A DNA stretch of 63,510 nucleotides, counting the filler, from Octopus bimaculoides (taxonomy: Eukaryota): NCBI RefSeq assembly GCF_001194135.2. It is 7 parts of 6 records of this genome, joined end to end, with 100 filler letters (N's around TTAATTAATTAA, not from the genome) between each part and the next. Parts side by side here need not be neighbours in the genome. Positions count along the whole stretch, not along the records: positions 10,044 to 36,788 come from NC_068987.1; positions 36,889 to 40,572 come from NC_068987.1; 5 more parts are not named here. One strand, written 5' to 3'. Shown here piece after piece: positions 25,456 to 38,295 of this stretch. A model generated the notes under the pieces. It saw only the letters and a list, made by a program, of their open reading frames with translations, was not told where the DNA came from and ran no database searches. Both the position numbers and the translations under genes were made by a program. Numbering within the stretch: position 1 is the first letter of the stretch; each line of letters starts with the position of its first letter.

Positions 25456-26419
25456 GGATAGATGGAGAGGTGGAAAAAGAAGGAGTATTTTATCTTATAC
25501 CGAATCTAATTAATTCTAGGACATATTGTTTCTTCGAAAATTCGCTGCCATGTCCCTTAAACAACTATTTTTAGGTATGATTCGAACCAAACTTCTGTTT
25601 TTGCCCTATATATCCTTTTAAAATTGCTAAACCACAAATTATCTCTAAGAAATATGTTCGTGTAATAAAAGCTATGTCAAGATATTACAATGAGATATTA
25701 CCTAACCAGAATAAAGAATCCGAAAAACAAATTAATCCGCAGATCTTTGCATACATCTCTCTCTTCTACGAAGATACAAAAGGTAGCGTATATTAAGACA
25801 TGTATTAATAAACTAAACAAATCTTATAACATATTAAATAACATAAATAATATATCAAATCAAAAATTTTCTATTAAATCGGTAAGATTTTAATTAATCA
25901 TTTAATTAATTTCGGGATCAGTTTCAATCATTGTAATAAATAATTTTGCTTGCTTTAGATGCAATATATATGATTAAAGGGCAATGTTCCAATAGTATTG
26001 TCAGCTTTCGTTCGTCAACACACGTTTAACATTCACACTTAATTGTATTCATAAATGTATATTGAAAATAGGAAGAATGGCGATTAATGAATTAGCATAC
26101 GAAAAATCAGTGTCTAGTTTGAGGTTATGAAGCGGTTTTAGCTAAAGTCTAGAGCAACACATTCAATTATGAATAGGAACTTTTTGAGAAGATTACCGTT
26201 TGTGAATCAATAAAGATTTCTTTTTACTGAAAATTCATCCGGATCTTATCTTCCTGAAGGAGGAAAATTACAATTAGAAATTTATTAGAGGTAATATTTA
26301 TTCCCACTTCAATGTGGATCTTCTGTTAAAGCTAACTTTACTGCAGTATTTACCACGAGGGAAACTCTCATAATGGCTTTGGATGCAGAATGCATGCCTG
26401 TTTGTTTATATCGCCAGCG

Positions 26420-27029
26420 GGGAGATAAATTCCCACCAAGTCCAGCGCCGAGACCAACAGATCACGTAATTTCGACTAGACACGATTAGACTCGGAAATT
26501 TTGTGGGGATCCCATTGACCCGATGTGTTCACTTTTCCGATGGAACGTAGGTGTTGAATTACCAAATCCAAGCTTCTCTGCTAATTCCTCAATAGTTACG
26601 AGGGAATTTTGTTCCACCAGGGTTTGCAGGACGTCCTCATCGAGCTCTGCAGATTTTCCAGGACGAGGCTCGTCTTCTAGGCTGTAGTTTTCGGCTTGGA
26701 ATTTCTGGAACCACCATTGACACTGGCTTAAGTTTATTGTGCCATCTCCATATACTGCATCAATATTCCTCCCACATTCCGTTACGTTGTTACCTTTATA
26801 GAATTCATAAAGCAAAATATGCCGAATATGCTCCTTTGTCACTTACATTATAGCTTTTAAAACATAATTGCTAAAATCGAACTGCACACTTTAAAACTTG
26901 CACTAAGAATAAGTAAGAAAGAAAAAATGGTTTTATAGCAAGTTAATGCAGATACTATATCCTGCCCACCTCCGACTTTTAGTTCATGCAATTGAAGAAA
27001 CCGCATCATTTATGGGATAACACAACGTA
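26420..27029 (-). mobile_element. Mariner transposon 5' part: TIR and N-terminal HTH of the transposase
   Basis: ORF 26486-26842 reads KEHIRHILLYEFYKGNN...QWWFQKFQAENYSLEDEPRPGK...TIEELAEKLG, followed by frameshifted GQWVPH. A TIR-like end (revcomp tgttatcccataaatgatgcgg) lies near 27005-27029. Confidence 0.9.
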
Positions 27030-27405
27030 TGTATATATATATTCATATATATATNNNNNNNNNNNNNNNNNNNNNNNNNNNNNNNNNNNNNNNNNNNNNN
27101 NNNNNNNNNNNNNNNNNNNNNNNNNNNNNNNNNNNNNNNNNNNNNNNNNNNNNNNNNNNNNNNNNNNNNNNNNNNNNNNNNNNNNNNNNNNNNNNNNNNN
27201 NNNNNNNNNNNNNNNNNNNNNNNNNNNNNNNNNNNNNNNNNNNNNNNNNNNNNNNNNNNNNNNNNNNNNNNNNNNNNNNNNNNNNNNNNNNNNNNNNNNN
27301 NNNNNNNNNNNNNNNNNNNNNNNNNNNNNNNNNNNNNNNNNNNNNNNNNNNNNNNNNNNNNNNNNNNNNNNNNNNNNNNNNNNNNNNNNNNNNNNNNNNN
27401 NNNNN

Positions 27406-27578
27406 TGTGTGTGTGTGTGTACGGCGAGCTGCTTTCAGTTTCCATCTATCAAATCCACTCACAAGGCACGGGGCCCTATTGGAAGACAATTGCCCACTGT
27501 GTCACGCAGTGGGACTGAACGTGCAACTACGTGTTTGGGAAACTAGCTTCTTACCACACATCAACGCCTGCGCCCATT
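27406..27578 (-). mobile_element. SINE family A, 5' part
   Basis: gctttcagtttccatctatcaaatccactcacaagg...ttaccacac. Confidence 0.8.
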
Positions 27579-28650
27579 TGTATGCAATGTTTTTTTTTTT
27601 TAATTTGCTGTTCGTTGCTCATCCATGATAAATATCTTATTGAGATATAATACCGTAATTTTAGAATTTCTATATCAATGGAATTAATGTTTACATTTCA
27701 TCATATCCTTGGCTGAAACAAAATATCATTGACAAAATAGATTTGTTTCATTAAATGATACCTTCCCTTAAAACATCTGGCTTTAAACCAACGATAGAAT
27801 TAAACCTGATACATGTAAAAATATACCCTGGAAGAGATTTGCCTTATTCTCTGCAAAATGCCTTTGGGTAAAATTTTAAAATTCTTGTTTTTCTGCATTC
27901 TCTTATTGATTTTTAATGTATTTAGTGACAGACCGGAAATTAAATGTTTGCTTCTGCGCAGTTGTGTATTATGTGTACTGTCCATTATGAATTTAATAAC
28001 TTGTGATTTTGATTGATTTTAACGATTTGTATTCGATTATTTCCGTGGTGCCCTGTAATGGCTTTAAGAATAGTCTTGCGTCCTTGTATAATCTTACCAA
28101 ATAGTGTGTCGTAACAAGCAGACAATGTTGTGTTTCACCGCTGAGAGGACCTTTAAAAAGTGTCCACTTCTCCGATAGCTTACAAGTGTGGCTATCTGAG
28201 AATGCTTCATGTAATCATTCAGTTTTGTACCACAAGATTAATGGAAGTTGTAAATCAATGCATTGCCAAATACTTCAATTGTAATTTAAAACATCTCAGT
28301 TGTTTGAGAGAATTTTACGGGTTAAACTATATTTACATTATCACCATTTAAGTTCTAGGTTCAAATCCTGCCGATGCCAATGCACCTATCAGCTGTGTCA
28401 TCAAGGGTGAAATCAGTCATCAGGGATGTAATAAAAGCAACTCAATAGTTCATACCTCTGTCCTTGCATTGTTTCAACCAAGTGACCATGAATAAGAAAA
28501 GCATACACACAATTTTATTCGTAATTTTGTTTGTATACATAACTTATACGTGTGCGTATATTTATGCAGTTGTGTTAATGTCTAAATTTCTCTTAATGTA
28601 TATTCATATATATATATGTGTCTTTTGTGCAGGTGTATGTACGTACATGA

Positions 28651-28847
28651 CTTTTACTTGTTTCAGTCATTTGACTGCGGCCATGCTGGAGCACCGCCTT
28701 TATAGTCGAGCAAATCGACCCCAAGACTGATTCTTTGTAAGCCTAGTACTTATTCTATCGGTCTCTTTTGCCGGACCACTAAATGACGGGGACGCAAACA
28801 AACCATCATCGGTTGTCAAGCGATGCTGGGGGACAAACAGATACACA

Positions 28848-28879
<32 letters not shown>

Positions 28880-29064
28880 CATATATATACATATATACGA
28901 CGAGCTTCTTTCAGTTTCTGTCTACCAAATCCACTCACAAAGCTTTGGTTGGCCCGAGTTTATAGTATAAGACACTTGCCCAAGGTGCCACGCAGTGGAA
29001 CTGAACCCGGGGCCATGTTGTTGGTAGAGAAGCTACTTACCACACAGCCACTCCTACGCCTATA
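28651..29064 (-). mobile_element. SINE family A, full copy
   Basis: Reverse complement of 1307-1720 with an internal (CATA)n tract. Confidence 0.9.
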
Positions 29065-29229
29065 TATATATATATNNNNNNNNNNTGATATAAAACAAGC
29101 ACAATTAAAGGTTATAAACCTCATTCAGGGATAGCAAAATCCTATGAAAGTACTGGTTAATTACCTATACAAAAATATATTGAACATTGTATTTAATACT
29201 CAACTGCAAGTTAACTATACTAACCGTGG

Positions 29230-29600
29230 TTTATATATTAATTAAAAAATTCAGAAACATCCCTTTCAGCTGTTTCAATTCAGACCCTCCGAAAATTAAC
29301 TATTTAAATTTAAAATTACTTGAAAGTCGAATCTCTTCAGAGGTAGATGAAGATATACAAAATAGGTGTTCAATTCCTGCATGTTGAGTAACAAAGCAGA
29401 TATTGTCGTTTTGGACAGACAATTATGTACCGTGGTATAAATCAGCAGCCATGCTGATGGGAATATCTCATTAAACATAACAGAGAAATAACATAACTAT
29501 CGGTAACCGATTTGAACCCTTCAGCTTGTATGCCCAGATTATAAATTTACATGTTTATCAGTAATTAGGGCACTTGGTTTTTGTGAGTAAATGCCTAACG
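29230..29600 (+). mobile_element. Possible decayed RTE-like RT C-terminal fragment
   Basis: ESRISSEVDEDIQNR resembles GS.ISSD..ID.EIQNRI; the rest is barely alignable. Confidence 0.25.
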
Positions 29601-29800
29601 AACAATCTGTAAAAGTTTGATCTTTCAGAAAAAGAAATCGCATATTACAATTACAACCTGTAAGCAGAACGGTAGAGGTCAGCAAGGTATTTCGCAAGTC
29701 CAAAATGTGACGTTCTTTTGATTATGTACTTAACAATGATGGAGTTTTGTCGTCAAATACTGCATACACACACACACACACACATACACACACACACACA

Positions 29801-29899
<99 letters not shown>

Positions 29900-29919
29900 A
29901 TGCACAAATACCCTGCTGA

Positions 29920-30005
29920 ATCTAAAATTTCAATAATGGAGCCTTGGATCTAGGTTAGAAACCGGCTCTTTCTCTATTAGCAAGACATCTTAAATAAACT
30001 GGATA
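29920..30005. repeat. Dispersed repeat with an inverted copy at about 39820-39915, each next to (TACA)n
   Basis: ccttggatctaggttagaaaccgg.tctttctct at 29943 is the reverse complement of agagaaagaaccggtttctaacctagatccaagg at 39850. Confidence 0.7.
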
Positions 30006-30416
30006 ATAACATACATACATACATACATACATACATACATACATACATACATACATACATACATGCAAACATAAAATTAAGTAATTTAATGCAATTATGG
30101 TATTCTTTTTTTCCATTTTCCCTAGTTCCTGGCTTCTGTTCGACAGATGCCGTTTTGGTTTTTATGTTCTCCTGTCTCGTTGCCAACAACTTCTCACGTT
30201 CGTTACTTGTGATTACCACTGCGTATTCTTTTTCTATATTTATGTGGTTGTTGAAATTGTGTCTAATAGAAGCGAGATTTCTTTTGTAGAGTTCCTTCCT
30301 TAATCATTGCAGATGCTAAATTTTTCACTCTTGGCGTTCAAAATGGAATAAATATTAAAGCAAATACAAAAAACACTAACAACATCGCCTCAGTTCTTCG
30401 AAGATATTCCTTTATT

Positions 30417-30622
30417 CTTTTATTCTTTTATTCTTTTATTCGTTTCAGTCATTTGACTGCGGCCATGCTGGGGCACCACCTTTAGTCGAGCAAATCGATC
30501 CCATGACTAATTCTTTGTAAGCCTACTACTTATTCTATCGGTTCCTCTTGCCGAACTGCTAAGTTATGGGAGACATAGATAATAAGCCGCGATAGGTAAA
30601 CCGCGATATGGCGAGGGATTAC

Positions 30623-30677
<55 letters not shown>

Positions 30678-30768
30678 ATGTATGTATATATATATANNNN
30701 NNNNNNNNNNNNNNNNNNNNNNNNNNNNNNNNNNNNNNNNNNNNNNNNNNNNNNNNNNNNNNNNNNNN

Positions 30769-30803
<35 letters not shown>

Positions 30804-31195
30804 CGGGCTTCTTTTAGTTTCTGTCTATCAAATCCACTCACTAGGCTTTGGACGGCCTGAAACTATAGTAGAGGTCACTTTTCCAGCATACCATACTGTG
30901 GGACTAGGTTCGAAATCAACTGAATCCTTGTGAATAGATGGATTTGGTGGACATATATGTGTATGTTTTGGGGTGAGTGTGTGTATGCGTATGTGTGTGA
31001 GTGTTTGTCCCCCACCAGCAATTGACAACCGGTGTTGATGTGTTTACGTCCTTGTAAATGATAGAATAAGTGTCAGGCATAAACAAAAAATATAGAAAGA
31101 AAAGAAGTACTCGAGTCGATTCATACAATTAAAAATTCCTCAAGGCGGTGCTCCAGTATGGTCGCTATCTAATTACTGAAACAAGTAAAAGATAA
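30417..31195. mobile_element. Two divergently oriented SINE family A copies (about 30417-30910 minus; about 30925-31195 plus)
   Basis: Minus tail at 30417-30560, minus body at 30800-30910, then a plus body gatggatttggt...caaggcggtgctccagtatgg...tgaaacaagtaaaa. Confidence 0.8.
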
Positions 31196-31510
31196 AAAAT
31201 GAATAATTGAAATATATGATGATGGTGATACTGAACCAATTGCCTTCTTAAATTTGATAGGTAAGGTATTAACAACACTTATGTAGATTCCATTTTAAGT
31301 GAATTCCTTTGAAAAGCATGCCTCAAGGTGACGCCATGTTGGATGAATTTATTTATTTACTTAATTACTTAGTTTCATATCTATTGCTTATCTGATTAAC
31401 TCTCTGTAGATACACGTGCTAAGGAAGAGTGGAAAGGAGAGAGAATTGCACAGGTATCGGAATACGTTCGCAGATTGGTCCTGCTTTCAAAAGAAAAAAA
31501 ATAATTATAT

Positions 31511-31678
31511 ATAGGCGTAGGAGTGGCTGTGTGGTAAGTAGCTTGCTCACCAACCACATGGTTCCGGGTTCAGTCCCACTGCGTAGCACCTTTGGCAAGT
31601 GTCTTCTACTATAGCCTCGGGCCGACCAAAGCCTTGTGAGTGGATTTGGTAGACGGAAACTGAAAGAAGCTCGTCGTA

Positions 31679-31717
<39 letters not shown>

Positions 31718-32062
31718 NNNNNNNNNNNNNNNNNNNNNNNNNNNNNNNNNNNNNNNNNNNNNNNNNNNNNNNNNNNNNNNNNNNNNNNNNNNNNNNNNNN
31801 NNNNNNNNNNNNNNNNNNNNNNNNNNNNNNNTGTGTGTGTGTGTGTGTGTATGTTTGTGTGTCTGTGTTTGTTTCCCCCCAGCATCGCTTGACAACCAAT
31901 GCTGGTGTGTTTATGTCCCCGTAACTTAGCGGTTCGGCAAAAAGAGACTGATAGAATAAGTACTAGGCTTCCAAAGAATAAGCCCTGGGCTCGATTTGCT
32001 CGACCAAAGGCAGTGCTCCAGCATGGCCACAGTCAAATGACTGAAACAAGTAAAAGAGGAAA
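31511..32062 (+). mobile_element. SINE family A, full copy (gap in the internal microsatellite)
   Basis: ataggcgtaggagtggctgtgtggtaag to tgactgaaacaagtaaaagag. Confidence 0.9.
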
Positions 32063-32321
32063 AGAGAGAGTATAGCATATACATATTTGTTGGTTTGTCA
32101 GAGAAATTCAGTTTTCTTCCTTTCGACTTGGCACTCGATCGTCACAGGTCTGAAAAGAGATAAAATTGAAATTTTAAAATCAGTAAAGAAAACTTTATAG
32201 AGGCTGTGTATGGCTGTGTGGTAAGAAGTTTGCCTCCGAAACCACATGATACTGGGTTCGGTCTTACTACGTGGCACCTACATGTATATATATGTATATA
32301 TAATTAATACTTTCTGTTGTA

Positions 32322-32521
32322 CGTACAAGGCCTGAAATTTTCAGGAAGAGAACAATTGATTATATCAACCCCAGTCCTCAACTGGTACTTATTTCATCGA
32401 TCCCGAAAGGATGAAAGGTAAAGTCGACCTCGGCGGAATTTGATCTCAGAATGTATCAACGGGCGAAATACCGCTAAGCATTTCGTCCGGCGTGCTAACG
32501 CTTCTGCCTGTCCACCACCTT
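32322..32521 (-). mobile_element. SINE family B
   Basis: acaaggcctgaaattt...aaagtcgacctcggcggaatttga...gctaacgcttctgcc. Confidence 0.9.
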
Positions 32522-32877
32522 TAACAGCATAGTAATAATAACGATGTGGAGCTGAAAAGTGACTCGAAGTCTTCGAGTCAAGACCCGAGGATTCCTACAA
32601 TCAACTCATTGTCTAACTAGTAGAACAGTGGCCAGAACTCATGCACAAGGAAAGAAAATGCATTAATGTTTGATTTGTTAAAATTGCTGGAGGAAAATTA
32701 GAATTGAAATAAATAAAAACGATTTATCAGACAACCCAATATATAATTATATACTTAGCAATGTGATTGTGTATATAAATTAGTGTATGTGCGTATATAT
32801 ATGTATCTTTTATGTTATCTCTACAGAATGTCTACATAATTTAGAGCCGTCACTGAAAATTTCAACGTTTTTTATAC

Positions 32878-33266
32878 GTTGTTGTTGTCACTCCGTCGGT
32901 TACAACGACAAGGGTTCCAGTTGATCCAATCAATGGAACAGCCTGCTCGTAAAATTAACGTGCAAGTGGTTGAGCACTCCACAGACACGTGTACCCTTAA
33001 CGTAGTTCACGGGGAGATTCAGAGTGACACAGAGTGTGACAAGGTTGGTCCCTTTCAAATACAGGTACAGCAGAAATAGGAAGAAAGAGTGAGGGAAATT
33101 TGCGGTGAAAGCGTGCAGCACGGTATGCCACCATTCCCTGCCGGAGCCTCGTGGAACTTTAGGTGTATTCGCTCAATAAACACTCACAACGCCCGGTCTG
33201 GGAATCGAAACCGCGATCCTACGACCGCGAGTCCGCTGCCCTAACCACTGGGTCATTGCGCCTCCA
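32878..33266 (-). mobile_element. tRNA(Arg)-like SINE family C
   Basis: Minus head ggaggcgcaatgacccagtggttagggcagcggactcgcgg...gtttcgattccc with A and B boxes and a TCG anticodon-like loop. Closely matches 48144-48529. Confidence 0.9.
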
Positions 33267-33525
33267 CTTTGTGTACGTATACGTCCATAAAAACAATGTG
33301 ATCGAAGATTTTAAAAATAGCTAATGGGTGTATATGCAAATTACAGGAGTTTTCACTTCTCTTTCACCACCAACATCCGCCCATTAGCCGTTCACGAACA
33401 CACTGCTTAGCAAGCCACTAAATTTTGCAGTCTAACAATATTGGATAGACCAATGTACATATTAATCACATTCCTGCGTAAAAGTCAATACGAAGAGTAA
33501 TCCATCCAATGAGAGTTCAATATTA

Positions 33526-33682
33526 CTAAACGTTTCAACTACATGTACTCATCGTGCTACTGATAGTTTCCCGTACATGCGTACGTTCATCATTGCGTCA
33601 ATCACGATTGGCGCTTGATGAACATACGCATGTACGGGAAACTATTATTAGCGATGTAAGTACATGCAGTTGAAACGTTTAG
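33526..33682. mobile_element. About 157 bp imperfect palindrome (MITE-like)
   Basis: ctaaacgtttcaactacatgtac...agtttcccgtacatgcgta / tacgcatgtacgggaaact...gtacatgcagttgaaacgtttag. Confidence 0.75.
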
Positions 33683-34189
33683 AAGTTTATATATATATAT
33701 AGTCGCCATGATGGATCGCTGACCACAACATTCAATTTTTTTTCTCCGTATTTTTCTCCTTGTTTTCTCCTTATTCTTTCTGTTGATGAGCGTAGCTCGA
33801 AACGTTAAAGACTTTCTCTATTCCCGAGCGTTAACTAATACATCCTTTTGTTGTTTACACCACCTGTCCTCGTNNNNNNNNNNNNNNNNNNNNNNNNNNN
33901 NNNNNNNNNNNNNNNNNNNNNNNNNNNNNNNNTATTAGCGATGTAAGTACATGCAGTTGAAACGTTTAGAAGTTTATATATATATATTGTTAATTCAAAC
34001 ATGAGCAAGCAAGAAAAAACACGAAAAAACAACAACGCGAGCACGTAGAGTAAGTGCAGTATTATTGGCCGCTCAGGAAATGAAAGAAAAGAAAGAGGAC
34101 TTCACGTTGCGAGCGGAGCTCTTCATCAGAAATATAGGATAAGTCCAAAGAAGGGAAGACAGAGAAAGAAAATCGCCAACGCTCCCTGT

Positions 34190-34610
34190 GCCTGTGAAAT
34201 CTTGTATCCCTGCCGTAAGGCTTTATTTCCACACACGTCAGCTTAATTTAATTGGTCCTTAGTCGTAAGACACCTGTTGTTATGTCCTGCAATAATTTTT
34301 ATTGTATTTGTGTAACAATGTTGGTTCTTTTTTTTCGTCCTTGTTTTTGCATACATTGGCTTCTTTCTTCCAAGGAATCTAATGCCTTAGTTTTCCCATG
34401 GGGCTGGCTAGATGGGAGCATTATCGAGTATAACCAGTCGAAATTGCAAAGATAATCGGGATCTCGACCGATGAAAGAAAAATCGAATGACCTGTCCTTG
34501 TTTTCTTTGTATCGTCTGTCTGGATATTTTGTTGTCCCTTTCTTGTATCACCTAACTGTGTGGATGTTTTGCGTTCTTGTCCCATTTCGTATTTTGGATT
34601 ATATATATAT
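34190..34610 (+). repeat. Dispersed repeat family D (copies at 53245-53410 and 57725-58100 in the opposite orientation), possibly Penelope-derived
   Basis: Shared block ttcttccaaggaatcta...ggggctgg...gagtataaccag(c/t)cgaaa(t/c)tgcaaagat in three places. Confidence 0.8.
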
Positions 34611-34821
34611 ATTGTTGGCACTCCTTCGCCTACGATGACGGGGGTTCCTGTTTCCGTAAGCTAGCTGTTCAGCAAAGGAAGTCGATAGAATAAGTACTGG
34701 GATCGATTTGCTCGACTAAAGGCGGTCTTCCAGCATGGCCGCAGTCAACTGACAGGAACGAATAAAAGAATACATATATACATGCATACATACATACATG
34801 CATACATGTATGCATATATAC

Positions 34822-34856
<35 letters not shown>

Positions 34857-35236
34857 TGTTTGTGTATATTTCTAGCATATAGGAGTCCACTTTTGCTGGT
34901 CATTCCTCTTATTTTTGTATGTATATATATATATATGCGCGCGCGCGTGTGTGTGTGTGTTTGTGCGTGTGTGTATTTAAAATATAAAGGACTACGATAA
35001 AGATATTTTCCGTGGTAATTCATGACATAGGAAAGAATTAAAATAAGGCGGATGCGAAGAAACGAACAAACTTATCTGACAATGTAGAATAGCGAATGAA
35101 TATATACAACACAAAAAGACATGGAACCCTTCAATATGTGTGTGTGTATGTATGTATGCATGCATATGTATACATGTGTGTATGCATTTATGTGTGTGTG
35201 TTTGTGTCAGTGCGTATGTATATAGTTCTAACAAAC

Positions 35237-35272
<36 letters not shown>

Positions 35273-35947
35273 TACTGTTCTTCTAGAAAATAATACCAGA
35301 GAATTATAAATGATGTAAGAAAGTGATACACGTAAAGAATACTCATTTCTAAAGTGTTGAGTTATTTAAGATAGATGATAAAGGAAAGAAAAAAAGACCC
35401 TGTGGTATACCGTAGGTCGATTACTTCAGATTCTCCCACCAGCATTCCACGCAATATAATATACTAGACCAGTGTAATCATAGTAGATCAAAACAGAAAG
35501 CACCAATAATTATCACAGTAATAAATATAATAGCCATATTATCTTGTCGTCATATCATCGTTATAATAGTCATCTCATTTCGTAAAAAAAGGAGAGACGT
35601 TATCTCGTCTTCCATTCTACCTACTCCAAACATTGAAAACAGTTTTGTTGTATTGTCTGTCTATGTTTATAAATACTGTAAACAAACTGTTTTCTCGATA
35701 TGGATGATTGAAAATTATAAGCAATAGACAACACACAGCTGGAGAATTTACTAAAACTATACACTGATGCAGCAGTTACTATCCGAATGGTTTGGGGCGG
35801 CTGTGAAAATTGTGGCAAAGCGCATGAAAATCAACCGCCTAAATGCTCAAAAGAATGTGTTAAGTTAAGACGTTGAAATCAGAGAATCAGAACAAAAATA
35901 CTCACATAATGTCTTGCTTTGCCTGAGGTCCTAAATATTTTGCAAGT

Positions 35948-36275
35948 GAAGGTGTGTGGCTTAGTGGTTAGGGAACTTAGCTCTCGATCTTGAGGTCATG
36001 AGTTCGATAACGGGCGGCGCGTTATGTCCTTGAGCAAGACTCTTTATTTCCCATTGCTCCAGCTCATTGAGCTGGAAAACATAAGCAGCGTCTGTATTTC
36101 AAAGGGCCAGACTTATTACATTCTGTGTCACGCTCAGTTTCCCCTGAGAACTACGTCAAGGGTACGCGAGTCTGTGGAGTTCTCATATACGTTCAACTTA
36201 ATTTTACAAGCAGGCTGTTCCGTTGACCGAGTCAACTGGAACACTCGTCGTCGTGACCGACGGAGGGTCGGTAGA
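35948..36275 (+). mobile_element. SINE with a different tRNA head and CORE-like segment but the family C 3' half
   Basis: Head tggcttagtggttaggg...gagttcgata, CORE-like tgtccttgagcaagac, then ctgtatttcaaaggg...caggctgttccgttga...tcgtcgtcgtgaccgacgg shared with family C. Confidence 0.8.
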
Positions 36276-37569
36276 CCTTTTGATCGAGTCATAGATACGC
36301 TATCGTGATATATGTCCTATGATGCCATCAAGTTCCACAAGGACTTAAATAATTCAGCATTTTTAAAAGAATTTCGTTTATCTCTGTCTAGGTCTGTCTA
36401 TCGCTGAATTCTTATAAAAAGAGAAATTAAAAGACAGAGAAGAATGTTACCCTACAGTACAGAAGTCGTGCTTGATATATCAACCCCTTGAGAATGGAAA
36501 GCAAAGTTGGTCACGTCTGGTTTTGAAATCATAGTGCAGAAATCCATAACAAATATCGCAAAGCAATCTATCTGTTACCCCAAAAGGTTGCTTTAATTGG
36601 TCGTCTACACTAATTCTTTAGGCTAAATGAACCTAATTATTTACAATATACAGAATTAAATTTGAAAAAACAATTACGAACAAGTAATTATTATAGACAA
36701 ATTTCTCTATTTACATAATATCGAGGTTTCATTCATTCTTATTTTGTAATTTATTATTTTTATTAATATATACATATATATATATATANNNNNNNNNNNN
36801 NNNNNNNNNNNNNNNNNNNNNNNNNNNNNNNNTTAATTAATTAANNNNNNNNNNNNNNNNNNNNNNNNNNNNNNNNNNNNNNNNNNNNATATATATATGT
36901 ATATATATATGGAAGAGGGACAAGCAAAACATTTGTTGTTTTTCGAACTACATTTACTTCATTATAATGTACAAATAAAATATAAAATATTTAAGCAGAG
37001 TTTCTTATATCTGTTTCTGGAATACCTGACCAAAGGGATCAACCTAATGCGTAATGAATTAACGTAACTTTTTACCTGATGAACTATTTACCCGCTTAAC
37101 TAAAACACTCATGCACGGGTCTATCAATCGACTTATAAGACTTGACCTTCGTTAATCCTCTAATTGTTTAATCATGGAATTACATTATACAGTTACTTCG
37201 CGGCATCACTACTAATGTCCTCAATTAAGGATCTGCTTTCTACATCATGTTACCTCAATCACTCCGAAGACGGGATACCTGGGTTATATGAATTCATTAC
37301 ACATTAGCATGATCCACTCACAAGGCTTTACTTAGTCTGGGGCTACTGTAACAGATGGTTGCGCTAGGTGCGCAGTATGACTGAACCCGGAACCACGAGG
37401 TTGGGAAAAATGTGCTAACATTTAAAAAGCAAAACAATTCTTTAACACTTTATATGTTATAAAAGCAGTTTTGATTGCGAGATTCCTGGTAATATCATGT
37501 ATTCGTGTGATACAACCAAAATGCTCAATTCGAACGTCGGAAGACATAAATATCTCCAAGTAAAAAAGG

Positions 37570-37800
37570 TAGCGAACTGGCAGAATCGTTACCGCGCCTG
37601 GCAAGATGCTTAGCAGCATTTCATCCGTCTTTACGTTCTGAGTTCAAATTCCGCCGAGATCCACTTTGCTTTTCATCTTTTAAGAGTCGATAAAATAAGT
37701 ACCAGATGAGTACTGGTGTCGATGTAATCGTCTTACTCTCTGCCCCCCACCCACCGAAATTGCTGACCTTGTGCCGAGATTTGAAACCAATATCTTGGTT
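37570..37800 (+). mobile_element. SINE family B
   Basis: gcgaactggcagaatcgtta...gttctgagttcaaattccgccgag...ttgaaaccaa. Confidence 0.85.
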
Positions 37801-37835
37801 TCAAAAAACAAAAACAAAAAAAACTAAATAAATAG

Positions 37836-38008
37836 TAGGCGTAGGAGTGTTTGTGTGATAAGTAACTTGCTTACCAGCCACATGGTTCCGGGTTCAGTCC
37901 CACTGCGTGGCACCTTGGACAAGTGTCTTCTACTATAGCCTCGAGCCGACCAAAGCCTTGTGAGTGGATTTGGTAGACGGAAACTGAAAGAATCCCGTCG
38001 TATATTTG

Positions 38009-38074
<66 letters not shown>

Positions 38075-38295
38075 TGTGTGTTTGTGTATCTGTGTTTGTT
38101 CCCCCCCCAAAATCGCTTGACAACCGATGCTGGTGTGTTTACGTCCCCGTAACATTAGCGGTTCGGCAAAAGAGCCCGATACAATAAGTACTAGGCTTGC
38201 AAAGAATAAGTCCTGGGGTCGATTTGCTCGACTAAAGGCGGTGCTCCAGCACGGCCACAGTCAAAATGACTGAAACACGTAAAAGAGTAAAAGAG
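37836..38295 (+). mobile_element. SINE family A, full copy
   Basis: Same head, body and tail as 1307-1720. Confidence 0.9.

Noticed and set aside
33180-33266. tRNA-Arg-like sequence (also 48450-48529)
   Set aside because: It is the head of a multi-copy SINE, continuing into the SINE body without a proper acceptor stem; not a tRNA gene.
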